A DNA stretch of 63,761 bases, counting the filler. It is 4 parts of 4 records of this genome, joined end to end, with 100 filler letters (N's around TTAATTAATTAA, not from the genome) between each part and the next. Parts side by side here need not be neighbours in the genome. Positions count along the whole stretch, not along the records: positions 28,946 to 50,671 come from SRR20825006_1730; 3 more parts are not named here. One strand, written 5' to 3'. Positions 29,093 through 39,407 of this stretch are shown here, piece by piece; the stretch's first letter is position 1, and the number at the start of each line of letters is the position of its first letter. The notes beneath the pieces are model-generated. The model ran no database searches, was not told the DNA's origin, and saw only the letters and a program-made list of their open reading frames with translations. A program made the translations under genes and the position numbers.

Positions 29093-30059
29093 AAGTTGGA
29101 CACTAACAACACCAATCTTTAATACTAACGGAACGGTTGTAGTGAATGGCACGGCAGGTTCTGGAGGTCCAGTTACTTCTACAACAGGAGCTTGGTTAAC
29201 TACTGGAAATACAGCGTTAGCTGCAAATTACATAGGAACAAACAACGCAATCGACTTTAGAATGTATTCAAATGGTTTAGAGCGTATGACAATCGAATCG
29301 AATGGATTTATTGGAATTCGTACAGCAGCTCCAACGCATCTTCTTCACATGATTAATCCAGTAGCTGTAGGAGCGAACTCAATGGCGGCTTTTGAAAATA
29401 CAGGTGCCGATGGTGTTCCAATTTCAGCAAGAAATATGGGGGCTACCAACGGATATAATGCTATTGAAGGAATCACGGATTACGCTGGAACAGGATTTAT
29501 TCCTGCTGGAGTTTTCGGTTTAGCAATATATCAAGGTGCAGTATTAGCACCAACAATCGGTGTTCGAGGTCATTCAAATGAGTGGCAAGGAACTGGAATT
29601 TACGGAAGTAGATTTAACAGTGGCGGAGCTAACTCTGGTTGGGGAGGTCAAATCTATGACGATCTTGGGTATACTGGTTTTTTTGGTGCGATTTCAGATA
29701 GTCGCTTAAAGAAGAATGTTCAGGAAATTGATGGAGCATTGGGAATTATCGCTCGATTGAATCCTGTTACTTACAATTTTGATTTGGAAAAGTATCCGAA
29801 TATGGGACTGAACCAAGAAATGGAATATGGATTCATAGCTCAAGAAGTGCGTGAGGTTTTACCTGAAATTACACGTGAAAAAACATTTCAAACGAATGCT
29901 TGCACGGAGTTAGGAGCGAATGGACAAACACCGAATAATTCGGAACTGTTTATTGCAATGGATTACACACGAATTATTCCAATTCTTACAAAAGCGATCC
30001 AAGAACAACAATTGCTTATTGAATCACTAGAACAAAGAATCAGTGAATTAGAAAAATAA
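28947..30059 (+). CDS. Collagen-like fibre protein with a C-terminal Peptidase_S74 intramolecular chaperone (5' truncated)
   Basis: Open frame from 28947 with Gly-X-Y repeats ([15 protein letters not shown]...), then [16 protein letters not shown] and [15 protein letters not shown] coiled coil. Confidence 0.9.
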   Translation, partial: PQGPIGLTGPAGATGAAGPTGAAGPQGPIGLTGPAGATGATGPAGPAGPSWTLTTPIFNTNGTVVVNGTAGSGGPVTSTTGAWLTTGNTALAANYIGTNNAIDFRMYSNGLERMTIESNGFIGIRTAAPTHLLHMINPVAVGANSMAAFENTGADGVPISARNMGATNGYNAIEGITDYAGTGFIPAGVFGLAIYQGAVLAPTIGVRGHSNEWQGTGIYGSRFNSGGANSGWGGQIYDDLGYTGFFGAISDSRLKKNVQEIDGALGIIARLNPVTYNFDLEKYPNMGLNQEMEYGFIAQEVREVLPEITREKTFQTNACTELGANGQTPNNSELFIAMDYTRIIPILTKAIQEQQLLIESLEQRISELEK

Positions 30060-30086
30060 GCGAATCAAAAATATAGATTGAATAAA

Positions 30087-30114
30087 AAAATGGAGCTCTT
30101 TTGGGCTCCATTTT
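30087..30114. terminator. Bidirectional intrinsic terminator
   Basis: AAAATGGAGCTC-TTTT-GGGCTCCATTTT between convergent genes. Confidence 0.7.
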
Positions 30115-30192
30115 CGCATTGGGTAAATTACCGTAAATGACCAGTGCCTGATGAACTTGGCATCATTTGGTCTCTTAATTTTGGGTTAATCC

Positions 30193-30618
30193 TTAGTTTC
30201 TCTTTGTACTCAGCTTGATTCCTAGTTTTCCACCTAGAATTGCCATTGGAATATAAGCCAAGCCTAGATCTAGAAGTGTAAACCAAAGAGGAGACGGTAG
30301 CATAATCACACTTACGATTCCTCCCAAAAGAAACCAAGCCCCAATTCCTAGAGCAAATTTCATTTTATGTTTTGGAGCAATTAACGAGATTACAAACGCC
30401 CCGGCTAGCGTCCCTAAAGCATGTGCGAGAAAGGGCATAATAAAGTGCTTCGGTTCAAATAAATGCATTGAGGCGATTAAACCTTCAGTCGTTGTCGTTA
30501 TTGCCCCTTCTGGTGGAGGAATGATACTTCCACTAGCCATTATTAAACTCATATTTACAGCTCCTCCGATAAAAATACCGGCTATAATCGCGATTATTAC
30601 TTTTAAGACTGGATTCAT
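30193..30618 (-). CDS. Hypothetical membrane protein (4 TM)
   Basis: Hydrophobic 141-aa ORF; PFLAHALGT and WF..LDL..AYIPMA segments. Confidence 0.8.
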   Translation of the reverse strand: MNPVLKVIIAIIAGIFIGGAVNMSLIMASGSIIPPPEGAITTTTEGLIASMHLFEPKHFIMPFLAHALGTLAGAFVISLIAPKHKMKFALGIGAWFLLGGIVSVIMLPSPLWFTLLDLGLAYIPMAILGGKLGIKLSTKRN

Positions 30619-30746
30619 CTTGTTGTTTTTCAGTTGATTAAATCACTTCGAACCTTTCGAAGCACTTTCTTAGCAAGATACGCTTAAAATGCAATCAGGT
30701 TTCATCGGAAATAGGTCAACTCAAAGAGAAATCACTTAAAATAAAC

Positions 30747-31130
30747 TCAGAGTGTTTTCTTCGAGACTTTTAATTCAAGAAAGGCTAGAGAAGAGACGAT
30801 AATGATTTCTACAGAGAAATAGAGTAGTCCGAATATGGTTAATTCTTGATTTAGAGCTACTAAAACACCAACAGTAATGAGACAGTACGTTAGATTAACG
30901 AGTGCTATTATCTTCATTCTAGAGTTCCAGTTTTTGGGAAAGAATTTAACGTGGTAAAGTGAATAAAGCGCGAAAAAGCAAGCGGCTACGGAAAGAGCAA
31001 TGAGTGGTTCAACAGGAATCCCGAAAAATGACTCATAACGTGTTAATACAATTCCGAGCATTAGGGCCGAGAGAAGTGCGCCAATTCCGTCGATGAGAAA
31101 CAGTTTTTTAGGATGTATTTGCTCGAACAT
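30747..31130 (-). CDS. Hypothetical membrane protein (4 TM)
   Basis: LFLIDGIGALLSA start; four hydrophobic segments. Confidence 0.78.
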   Translation of the reverse strand: MFEQIHPKKLFLIDGIGALLSALMLGIVLTRYESFFGIPVEPLIALSVAACFFALYSLYHVKFFPKNWNSRMKIIALVNLTYCLITVGVLVALNQELTIFGLLYFSVEIIIVSSLAFLELKVSKKTL

Positions 31131-31231
31131 TGTGGTAATTTACTTACAGTGATCATTAATTCTAGTGAAGATACTTCATTTTTGCATCAAGACTAGCTCT
31201 GCTCCGACGATATTTCATGAATCACTAAAAA

Positions 31232-31891
31232 TTAGTATTCGATGACCCTAAAAATGAAATTGCTTTCGCCCCATTTAGTTTGCTCATGAATCAATATTAG
31301 CTGTAGGTAATGCTTAAGTGAGATACGTTTAATCTTTTCTAAATCACAATCTTGAGAGAGAATCATCAAGATGTTTTCTTCGGTCAGTTGACGGGTTTTT
31401 AATTGCTCAAAAAGCGCTTCAAAATACTCAAACTGTTCTCCGCAATACCAAGCCTGATCTGTAATCGATTTGGGGTTTTTAGGGTAATAAGGAGGATTGA
31501 TAAAGATATAGTCGAACGATTCGGGAAGGTGTTGGAACAAATCCGAATGAATCACGGTCAGCTGAACATCTAGTTCGGAAGCATTTTGATTTAAGCCGTC
31601 TATTGCCGCTTTGGAAATATCCGAGGCCGTGACTTTTGCCCCTTTGGAGATTGAAAAAAAAGAGATCAATCCGCTTCCAGCTCCAAGCTCGAGTACTGTT
31701 TTATTTTTGAGATCTAGCGTTTCAATGAAATCAACCAAAATCTCCGTGCTGATCGTTGATTCTGGAGAAAAAACGTTCGGGTAAAGAGTGATGGAAAGAT
31801 TCTTATAGGAAAACGGTCTTGGCTTTCGTTGTCTCCAATGATAGCGCCACTTTAAGAATGGATGAATGATTTTTTTAATGATTCCGCGCAT
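31232..31891 (-). CDS. SAM-dependent methyltransferase (HemK/MTS-like)
   Basis: VLELGAGSG motif I and INPPY motif IV; likely start at 31891, right after the ABC ATPase stop. Confidence 0.88.
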   Translation of the reverse strand: MRGIIKKIIHPFLKWRYHWRQRKPRPFSYKNLSITLYPNVFSPESTISTEILVDFIETLDLKNKTVLELGAGSGLISFFSISKGAKVTASDISKAAIDGLNQNASELDVQLTVIHSDLFQHLPESFDYIFINPPYYPKNPKSITDQAWYCGEQFEYFEALFEQLKTRQLTEENILMILSQDCDLEKIKRISLKHYLQLILIHEQTKWGESNFIFRVIEY

Positions 31892-31892
31892 C

Positions 31893-32600
31893 TTAGAGAG
31901 AAAAGGCATGTGAGATTAACTGATCTCGTTTGGGGAAATGAAGTAATTCCAGTTGTCGCGTTTGATCGTTTATGACAAGAAATACCGAAGTTTTATCTAA
32001 ACATAATTCGAGATCGTGCGAGGAAAAAATAATGCATTTATTGAGATCAAGGGCTACTTTTTGAAGTACATTGATCACGTGAATCTTGTTAGAATAATCC
32101 AAAAATGCCGTGGGTTCATCTAAAAGAATACACTTCGATTCTTGTGCGATCGCTTTTGCAATTGCCACGAGTTGCTTTTCTCCATCACTCAATTCAGAAG
32201 TAAATCTACCGACTAAGTACTGAATTCCGAGTTGCTCGATAGCTTGATCTACAATTTCCAAATCATTCTCCGAAAGTTTCCCGATAAAATTCGTGTATGG
32301 ACTTCTTCCCAAACCAATGTATTCCTCCGTTTTTAAAAAATCAATCTCTGGAAAATGAGCTGTAACAAACGAAATGTAGGTTGGAAGTTCAACTCGACTT
32401 AATTGATTTACGGGAATTTTATCGATAGTAATGGTTCCCGAAAGTAACGGAATCTCTCGCGTCAAGGTCTTCAAAAAAGTAGATTTTCCTGCACCATTTC
32501 TGCCAACGAGGACATACACTTCTCCTTGCTTTAATTCTAGCGTTTGGGATGTTACAATTGACTTGGAGTAACCGATATGGCAGTTTTCGAGCTGAATCAT
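31893..32600 (-). CDS. Iron-chelate/cobalamin ABC transporter ATPase
   Basis: GRNGAGKST, LSDGEKQ, LLDEPTAFLD, SSHD. Confidence 0.92.
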   Translation of the reverse strand: MIQLENCHIGYSKSIVTSQTLELKQGEVYVLVGRNGAGKSTFLKTLTREIPLLSGTITIDKIPVNQLSRVELPTYISFVTAHFPEIDFLKTEEYIGLGRSPYTNFIGKLSENDLEIVDQAIEQLGIQYLVGRFTSELSDGEKQLVAIAKAIAQESKCILLDEPTAFLDYSNKIHVINVLQKVALDLNKCIIFSSHDLELCLDKTSVFLVINDQTRQLELLHFPKRDQLISHAFSL

Positions 32601-33598
32601 CTTAAACGTCTTATTACCAATAACACAACAATGGGAGCGCCAATCATCGAAGTGAAAACATTGATCGGAATTAGAATCATAGATCCTTCTAGGTATTGAA
32701 TAATTGTATCACAGATAAGGACAAAGAGCGCTCCGAAAACGACAGACGAAAGTAACAAAATCCCATGATGTTGAGTTTTCATTAAGAGTCGAATCAAGTT
32801 GGGAACGGCTAATCCCACAAAGGCAATTGGTCCACAAAAGGCCGTAATGAGTCCCGTGAGTACTGCCGTCACAAGAATGATCAGAATCCGCACTCTCCGA
32901 TAGTTGATTCCCATCAATTCGGCATTTTTTTGTCCTGTAACGAGTAAATTGAGCGGTTTAATCAATAAAAAAGAGAGAAAAATACCGAGCATAAAGACCA
33001 ATGCGATTATTGGAAGTTGATTTAGATCAGTTCGTGTAAGTGAGCCAAATGTCCACAGCGTATATGCTTTTAATTGTTCTAGTCCGCTGGCAGATTGAAG
33101 CAGGGAGACAAACGCGCTAGTGAAACTTCCGAGCATTAATCCAACCAAAAGCAGCGAGATTTGGGAACGAACGACTTCTGAGAAAAGTAAGATGATGAAT
33201 CCAAAAACAAATGCGCCAATAAGAGCATTCGTCACAATTCCAATATCGGATGACAAAAAAGGAATTCCCGTCATCATGCTAAATGCGACGAAAAGACTTG
33301 CACCTGAGTTAATTCCCAGAACGTATGGTCCCGCCAGAGGATTATTGAACAGTGTTTGCATTAACAAACCAGAAATGGCGAGTCCACTGCCAGCGATTAA
33401 CGCCATTACCATTCTCGGAATGCGAATTTCTCTAGCAATCAATTGTTCGGTAACCTGATCGTTCGGTTGAAAAAGGCCATTCCAAAAATCATTAAAACTC
33501 ACGTTGATTGTACCAGCTGTCAAGTGCATCCAGCAAATAAATGGAAGCAGAATGAGCGCACTGAGCAGAATCAAACGATGTTTTCTGGAAACGATCAA
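32597..33598 (-). CDS. FecCD/BtuC family ABC permease
   Basis: IRIPR, QTLFNNPLAGPYVLG, GPIAFVGLAVP. Confidence 0.93.
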   Translation of the reverse strand: MIVSRKHRLILLSALILLPFICWMHLTAGTINVSFNDFWNGLFQPNDQVTEQLIAREIRIPRMVMALIAGSGLAISGLLMQTLFNNPLAGPYVLGINSGASLFVAFSMMTGIPFLSSDIGIVTNALIGAFVFGFIILLFSEVVRSQISLLLVGLMLGSFTSAFVSLLQSASGLEQLKAYTLWTFGSLTRTDLNQLPIIALVFMLGIFLSFLLIKPLNLLVTGQKNAELMGINYRRVRILIILVTAVLTGLITAFCGPIAFVGLAVPNLIRLLMKTQHHGILLLSSVVFGALFVLICDTIIQYLEGSMILIPINVFTSMIGAPIVVLLVIRRLR

Positions 33599-34707
33599 GG
33601 TTGGATTTTTTTGTAGAAATTGAAATCACCAGAAAGATTTAATTCTGGGTGAAAAATTCGGAGTAAATCAGCAAGCATTAAATGCGGTTCAGATGCACTT
33701 CGCTCCCAAAACTTATTTCCATCGTGTGTATAACAGAATGTATTTGATTCAAAAGCTGCTAAATGCTTCACTTGCGGAGCGTTTGAGATTAGTCTTGCCT
33801 TCGAGAAATCACCAGGGTTCAACCAAAAATCAGTCTTAATATTATTCGTTAAAATGTCTTCAATTCCACGTTCTATGCTTCCGGTTCCCTTCGTAAAACG
33901 ATAGACATAATCCGCTCCTGCATCCGCAAACAACATTGCCATATAGCTTTCACCAGCTGGCGAATACCAAACACTTCCGAACACGTTTCCGCTCATCACT
34001 GTTGGTCTATTTTTAACTTCCGCTGCCTTCCAACTCAATTCTTGATAGCTTCGAGTTACTTGATCGAAGTAATCGACTGCCTCTTGCTCTTTTCCGCATA
34101 AGATTCCGATCAACTTAATCCATTCTGCTTTTCCTAACGGATGTGTTTCTCTCCAATCGTAGTTAGGAATGGTGACAATCCCCAATTGTTTAAGTTTATT
34201 CGCCTGAGGGAAATCTTTTCCGAATCCGCTGTATAAAATTAGGCTCGATTTAGAAGCAACAATCTTTTCTATTGGAAAATTGGTCTCATCCCCAAATTCC
34301 GCGAGTTGGTTTTTCTCAAAGCGCTGTTTAATTTTCTTATCGTAGATATAATTAATATTCGATACACCAGTAATGTATTCAGTTGCACCAAGAATGGACA
34401 TCATTCCGACGCTTGTTTGAGAAAGGTTTGCAATACGTGTGCAGGGAAGATGAATGACATTTTCTCCTTTCACCGAATGATCGTAAGTTAGAGTGAATTT
34501 TTGCTCAGTCTTCATCGAGTTAGGGTCGATAAGTTCCAAAACATAACCACTCTCGTTGGTCTGCAAAGTAAAATTCTGGGCAAAGTCTATGCTGAAATCA
34601 ATCAGTTCGTGATCGCTTTTACCGTCGAGAGATTCACTTTTAACAGATGATGAAGAATTACATGCTGTTAATAAAAGGGTGGAAAAAAGAATGGTTATAA
34701 TCCGCAT
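33595..34707 (-). CDS. Iron-chelate/cobalamin ABC substrate-binding lipoprotein
   Basis: Lipobox LTAC; ETHPLGKAEWIK; first gene of the FecCD operon. Confidence 0.88.
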   Translation of the reverse strand: MRIITILFSTLLLTACNSSSSVKSESLDGKSDHELIDFSIDFAQNFTLQTNESGYVLELIDPNSMKTEQKFTLTYDHSVKGENVIHLPCTRIANLSQTSVGMMSILGATEYITGVSNINYIYDKKIKQRFEKNQLAEFGDETNFPIEKIVASKSSLILYSGFGKDFPQANKLKQLGIVTIPNYDWRETHPLGKAEWIKLIGILCGKEQEAVDYFDQVTRSYQELSWKAAEVKNRPTVMSGNVFGSVWYSPAGESYMAMLFADAGADYVYRFTKGTGSIERGIEDILTNNIKTDFWLNPGDFSKARLISNAPQVKHLAAFESNTFCYTHDGNKFWERSASEPHLMLADLLRIFHPELNLSGDFNFYKKIQP

Positions 34708-34870
34708 CCAGCAAAGTTAAGATAAAAGGCAAATCTTATTCTATTCCGCGGCGACTAGTTGAGTTAGCGCTTTCCTTTAGACCCTTTTTAGGGACGCTCT
34801 CAATAATTTCCTCATTGTTCAAGAAGTCTAAATCGAATTACTTGGTTATATTTAACTAAAACAAAGAAAA

Positions 34871-35128
34871 ATGGCAAGTAAAAGAGACTTGAAAAAAGCA
34901 GTGAAGTACATGGTGTATGACGTCATGGACGAGTGTGATTACGTTGTAGTAAACAGCGATAAAGGAAATGAGAAAGCTGAGAAGTTGATGGATGAAGCGG
35001 TAACCTTCTACGAGGATGTAATTGGAAAAATCAATAGTGCAAAAACGGCTGCCGAATTTAAAAGTGTAAAAGCAACGATCGAAGGGAAATATGCATCCTT
35101 CACGGATGGATTAAACGAGATCAACTAA
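34871..35128 (+). CDS. Small hypothetical protein
   Basis: 85-aa ORF (MASKRDLKK...) with an A-rich upstream region typical of Bacteroidota starts. Confidence 0.75.
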   Translation: MASKRDLKKAVKYMVYDVMDECDYVVVNSDKGNEKAEKLMDEAVTFYEDVIGKINSAKTAAEFKSVKATIEGKYASFTDGLNEIN

Positions 35129-35147
35129 AACTTTAAAATAGATAGCT

Positions 35148-35867
35148 ATGTGGGCTTGGTTAAAACGACTATTTAGAATTGGAAAAGCGGAAGCGAATTC
35201 GGCATTGGATAAATTGGAAGATCCAGTTAAAATGACCGAACAAGGAATTCGTGACCTAAAAGGAAACTTAGAAAAAGCACTTGTGGCTTTGGCAGAGGTT
35301 AAAGCGATGGGAATTCGTTCCAAAAGCGAAGTAGAGGACTACACTCAAAAGGCAAAGGATTATGAATCGAAAGCGGTGTTGCTAATCAAAAAAGCGCAAG
35401 CTGGAGATATGGATGCTGCTGATGGTGATCGTTTGGCTTCTGAAGCGCTTGTAAGAAAGCAGGAAAATGAAAAATTGGCTGCTCAATCGTACAAAAACCA
35501 ACAGTATTTTGAAGGTAATGCAGACAAACTAAGCAGTAACGTTGATAACTTAAAGTCAAACATTTCGAAGTACGAAAATGAATTGAAAACGTTGAAAGCA
35601 CGAGCTAAAGTGAGTGAAGCAACGAAGAACATCAATAAAGATTTAGCTGGTGTAGATTCATCTTCTACGGTTTCTATGTTGGAGCGGATGAAGGAAAAAG
35701 TATCGCAAGAGGAAGCATTGGCGGAATCGTATGCTGATATTGCTTCTGAATCGCGTTCATTGGACGACGAAATTAATGCTGCTTTGGACGGTTCTGAGGC
35801 TGAGATCAAAGCGAAAGATGATCTCGAGGCGTTGAAAGCCAAGTTAAGCACAGAAGGAGAAATTTAA
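35148..35867 (+). CDS. PspA/IM30 family protein
   Basis: Amphipathic N-terminus, LDKLEDPVKMTEQGIRDL, long coiled coils, ERMKEKV..EEALAE. Confidence 0.92.
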   Translation: MWAWLKRLFRIGKAEANSALDKLEDPVKMTEQGIRDLKGNLEKALVALAEVKAMGIRSKSEVEDYTQKAKDYESKAVLLIKKAQAGDMDAADGDRLASEALVRKQENEKLAAQSYKNQQYFEGNADKLSSNVDNLKSNISKYENELKTLKARAKVSEATKNINKDLAGVDSSSTVSMLERMKEKVSQEEALAESYADIASESRSLDDEINAALDGSEAEIKAKDDLEALKAKLSTEGEI

Positions 35868-35883
35868 TAAAAATCTAATTTTG

Positions 35884-35918
35884 ATGTCCCGTCCGTTCTC
35901 GGTTCGGGACATTTTTTT
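35884..35918 (+). terminator. Terminator after the pspA-like gene
   Basis: ATGTCCCG...CGGGACAT followed by a T-run. Confidence 0.7.
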
Positions 35919-35928
35919 TCACTGAATT

Positions 35929-37302
35929 ATGCAATTGACCTTAAAGCACATTTTTCTGCTCGCTGGAGCGATTTCGTTTTTGTTCTTTCTTATTATTTCC
36001 GGTGGAGATTCTAAGTTTTGGAACGCAGTTGCTTTGGGATGTTTAATGGTGTTCTTTTGGCTCGTTGATGCACTTCCCCTTTATGCTACGGCACTCTTTC
36101 CAATCGCTTTCGGAATTCCACTTGGTATTATTAATGCAGATGAATTGGCGGAAGCATATTCGAGCAAGTTTGTTTTTTTGTTTTTGGGAGGATTTATCCT
36201 CGCATTAGCAATGGAAAAATGGGACGTTCATAAACAAATTGCACACTTAATTATTGGAATTGTTGGTACATCAAAGACGATGGTTTTGCTCGGATTTATT
36301 CTCAGTACAGGTATTCTCAGCATGTGGATTTCAAACACAGCAACAGCCCTCATGATGCTTCCGATGGCTACAGCAGTAATCTCGAATCTTTCAGATAACG
36401 ACAGTTCTAAATTCCCACGATTCTTATTGCTTTCGATTGCTTACTCGGCAAGCATAGGTGGAATGGCAACTCTTGTTGGATCGCCGCCAAACTCAGGAAT
36501 GGCAGGAATCTTAAAGAAAACTTACGGTATAGATATTTCCTTTTTGGATTGGATGAAGTTTGGTTTACCGATCAGTATTGTCCTTCTGGCTGTACTCTTT
36601 TTCTATTTTGTTTTCCAATTGAGAAATGAAAATACGAGTGATAGAATTCAAGTAAACCTAGAAAAGAAACCTTGGAGTAAAAACCAGATCAGAGTGATCG
36701 TCATCTTTTTATTAGTTGTTGTAGGATGGTCCTTCCGAACGATTATTGTTGATTTAACGGGGTTCAAGTTCGGTGACGAAAACGTTGCCATTATAGGAGC
36801 AATTTTAATGTTCATCATTCCGAGTAAAGAGGGTGGAGCTTTATTGGAATGGAAAGACACAAGTAAATTAGCTTGGGGGATTTTACTTCTGTTTGGTGGA
36901 GGTTTTGCATTGGCAAGTATTCTCGAAACCAATGGAGTCATTAATGAAATCGCCATTCTCTTTGAAAGTTTTGGAGAACTGAGCTTATTCTGGGTGTTAC
37001 TAATTGTTGTGTTTATCTCGGTTTTTGGAACTGAATTTATGTCCAATACAGCGATGGTAAATGTATTTGTACCGATAATTGCCATTTTTGCTGTGAGTTT
37101 GGACGTTCCGGTGACTACACTATGTATTCCTGTCGCGCTTTCGGCAAGTTGCGCATTCATGTTGCCCGTAGGAACTCCGCCCAACGCAATTATCTTTTCG
37201 TCAGGTCAACTTACGATTGGAGAAATGGCGAAAACTGGATTCATTTTGAACATGATTTGTGTGATTTTGATCACCGTGTTCGCACTTCTCTTCATTTCCT
37301 AG
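35929..37302 (+). CDS. SLC13/DASS family sodium:dicarboxylate/sulfate symporter
   Basis: SMWISNTAT, GSPPN, EFMSNTA and FMLPVGTPPNAI motifs. Confidence 0.95.
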   Translation: MQLTLKHIFLLAGAISFLFFLIISGGDSKFWNAVALGCLMVFFWLVDALPLYATALFPIAFGIPLGIINADELAEAYSSKFVFLFLGGFILALAMEKWDVHKQIAHLIIGIVGTSKTMVLLGFILSTGILSMWISNTATALMMLPMATAVISNLSDNDSSKFPRFLLLSIAYSASIGGMATLVGSPPNSGMAGILKKTYGIDISFLDWMKFGLPISIVLLAVLFFYFVFQLRNENTSDRIQVNLEKKPWSKNQIRVIVIFLLVVVGWSFRTIIVDLTGFKFGDENVAIIGAILMFIIPSKEGGALLEWKDTSKLAWGILLLFGGGFALASILETNGVINEIAILFESFGELSLFWVLLIVVFISVFGTEFMSNTAMVNVFVPIIAIFAVSLDVPVTTLCIPVALSASCAFMLPVGTPPNAIIFSSGQLTIGEMAKTGFILNMICVILITVFALLFIS

Positions 37303-37335
37303 AAATTACTGTTTAGCGAATTTAAGAGATGAGAA

Positions 37336-37818
37336 TTAATTCTCAGCAGTCCCAATCTTGGTCAACAATTCTTTGAGTGGAATCCAATCAGCAAGATAGG
37401 ATTCTTTAACTTCAACAGAATTGTCTTCTAAATGTAAACGATAACGACAAATAGGATCTACTTCACCGCAATCTATCAAGCGAATGGAACCTTGAACGAT
37501 CTCAGAACTGTAATAAGTGCGTCCAGTTTCCATAATGGCTTCTGGAGTTTCATGTTCTACATAGCCATTCATATCAAACAAAATATCGGAATAACATTTC
37601 GTCATAAACATGTGTGGGTTTCGTTTTTCAAGCGCTGCTCTGATCGGAGTAATAATGCTCGATTTAATAGTTTCAATAACAACTTTTGCTTCAATCTTTT
37701 TTTCGTCTTGAACTCCCCAATTGGCAAAGTTTAGACCTAGATTATTCTGACTGGCAAAACCAAGTGTGATCGCAAAGACAAGCAATGCTGATAAGATGTA
37801 TTTCACGTTCTTTTTCAT
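37336..37818 (-). CDS. Exported hypothetical protein
   Basis: Signal-peptide-like N-terminus; ATGA overlap with the upstream gene. Confidence 0.7.
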   Translation of the reverse strand: MKKNVKYILSALLVFAITLGFASQNNLGLNFANWGVQDEKKIEAKVVIETIKSSIITPIRAALEKRNPHMFMTKCYSDILFDMNGYVEHETPEAIMETGRTYYSSEIVQGSIRLIDCGEVDPICRYRLHLEDNSVEVKESYLADWIPLKELLTKIGTAEN

Positions 37819-38456
37819 GATGAAAGTGTTAGTTTTTTAAAACGATTCCTGTTGAAATATACAATAATCTCGCCAAGAATTAAATTGAAGATCCACGGAA
37901 TATATGCGCTCAGAATGAAATTTGTATCGTAGTCAAACTCAAAATAACCTGAACCAATGGGCGTAAATAAACGAAGAGTAACCCCCGAAAGTGTCATGCA
38001 ATAGCTCCGAATAATCCAATTGTAGTGACCTTGAACATCTCCCTTTATAATTTTTTGAAAAGCAATGTATGTTGGGATAATCCAAGCCATTGACATTAAA
38101 ATAAACCCAATTGTTGACCATTGTCCACCTTCAGCAAAAAAGGCAAGATAGAGCCCAGTTGGACCGCCGAAAAACAATATTGAGCCAATGTACCATTTAC
38201 CGATTCGCTTGTGCAATTTCGAACGAAAGGCAATAAGTTTTGAGAAAAATAGCGGAAAGCCAGTTAATGTAGCAACAACTCCAAATAAAAGGTGAATGTA
38301 AAAGGAAGCCAGCCAAATTTTATTGGGAATCATGTCTTGTTTAGATCCCAAGAAACGCTTTGTTAAATCAAAATCGAAATAACTTAATGCTATTGCCGAG
38401 AGACAAAGTGCTAAGAAAATGACGACTGACCATGAAAGAATAAAAAGAAAGCGCAT
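37815..38456 (-). CDS. DUF2306 family membrane protein
   Basis: FYIH, LHKRIGKWY and HYNWIIRSY..TLSGVTLR His-containing TM motifs; likely start MRFLF. Confidence 0.8.
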   Translation of the reverse strand: MRFLFILSWSVVIFLALCLSAIALSYFDFDLTKRFLGSKQDMIPNKIWLASFYIHLLFGVVATLTGFPLFFSKLIAFRSKLHKRIGKWYIGSILFFGGPTGLYLAFFAEGGQWSTIGFILMSMAWIIPTYIAFQKIIKGDVQGHYNWIIRSYCMTLSGVTLRLFTPIGSGYFEFDYDTNFILSAYIPWIFNLILGEIIVYFNRNRFKKLTLSS

Positions 38457-38599
38457 ATCATTCAAATGTAATAAATTATACAGCCGTAAAAGTGAAAAGT
38501 TCATTTGAGAGAGAAGTGGAGTAAGAATAAATTATTTAAAACGTCATGCCACCTAAATAGAAATCGATAATTTAGAACAATAAGAAAAATGTATCCTCC

Positions 38600-39361
38600 A
38601 TGAAAGTACTCTTATCTCCCGCAAAAGCGCTTGATATGTCCAAAACGCTTAACACGACAGTAACAACGGTTCCTGTTTTTTTAAGTGAAGCGGAAGCAAT
38701 TATGAAAAAACTAAGCAAGGTTTCGTCTAAAAAGATTGCACAAATGATGCATCTTTCTAAGGATTTAGCGGAGTTAAATCATGATCGTTACCAAGCTTGG
38801 AAACCAGTACACACATTGGATGAAAACAGTGCCTTGGCAGGTGCGGCGTTTAATGGCGAGGTATATCGGGGACTTGACGCTCCTAATTTTTCAGAGAAGG
38901 AATTGAAAATTGCCCAAGATAAAGTAAGAATCTTGTCGGGCCTATATGGTTTACTGAAACCAACGGATGTTATTTATCCCTATCGTCTAGAAATGGGAAC
39001 AAAATGGGGTGTTACTCCTGCAAAATCAAATCTGTACAAGTTTTGGGGAACAAAAATTACGGATCAACTCAACGATGAAGTGGGAGAGGACGTGATAGTA
39101 AATCTAGCGTCGACGGAGTATTTTAAAGCGGTGGACACGAAGAAATTAAAAGCACGTGTGATTACACCAACGTTTAAGGATTTTAAAAATGGACAATACA
39201 AAGTGATCATGGTTTTCGCAAAGCAATCTCGCGGTGCAATGGCGCGTTTTATTGTTGAAAATGACCTGAATAATCCAGAAGACTTGAAAGCGTATAACAA
39301 AGATGGTTATCGCTTCGATGAGAATTTATCCGAAGGAGATGATTGGGTTTTTACGCGTTAG
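38600..39361 (+). CDS. yaaA: Peroxide stress protein YaaA
   Basis: LSPAK, ILSGLYGLL, YRLEMG, VNLAS.EY, AKQSRGAMAR. Confidence 0.95.
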   Translation: MKVLLSPAKALDMSKTLNTTVTTVPVFLSEAEAIMKKLSKVSSKKIAQMMHLSKDLAELNHDRYQAWKPVHTLDENSALAGAAFNGEVYRGLDAPNFSEKELKIAQDKVRILSGLYGLLKPTDVIYPYRLEMGTKWGVTPAKSNLYKFWGTKITDQLNDEVGEDVIVNLASTEYFKAVDTKKLKARVITPTFKDFKNGQYKVIMVFAKQSRGAMARFIVENDLNNPEDLKAYNKDGYRFDENLSEGDDWVFTR

Positions 39362-39407
39362 ATTGAACGTTTTTTCAACTCAGTTTTACTGCACTTAAAT
39401 AACCGAT

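Noticed and set aside
30140-30173. Hairpin containing CTGATGA as a riboswitch or ribozyme
   Set aside because: Lies between convergent 3' ends, forms a single imperfect stem and lacks the remaining consensus
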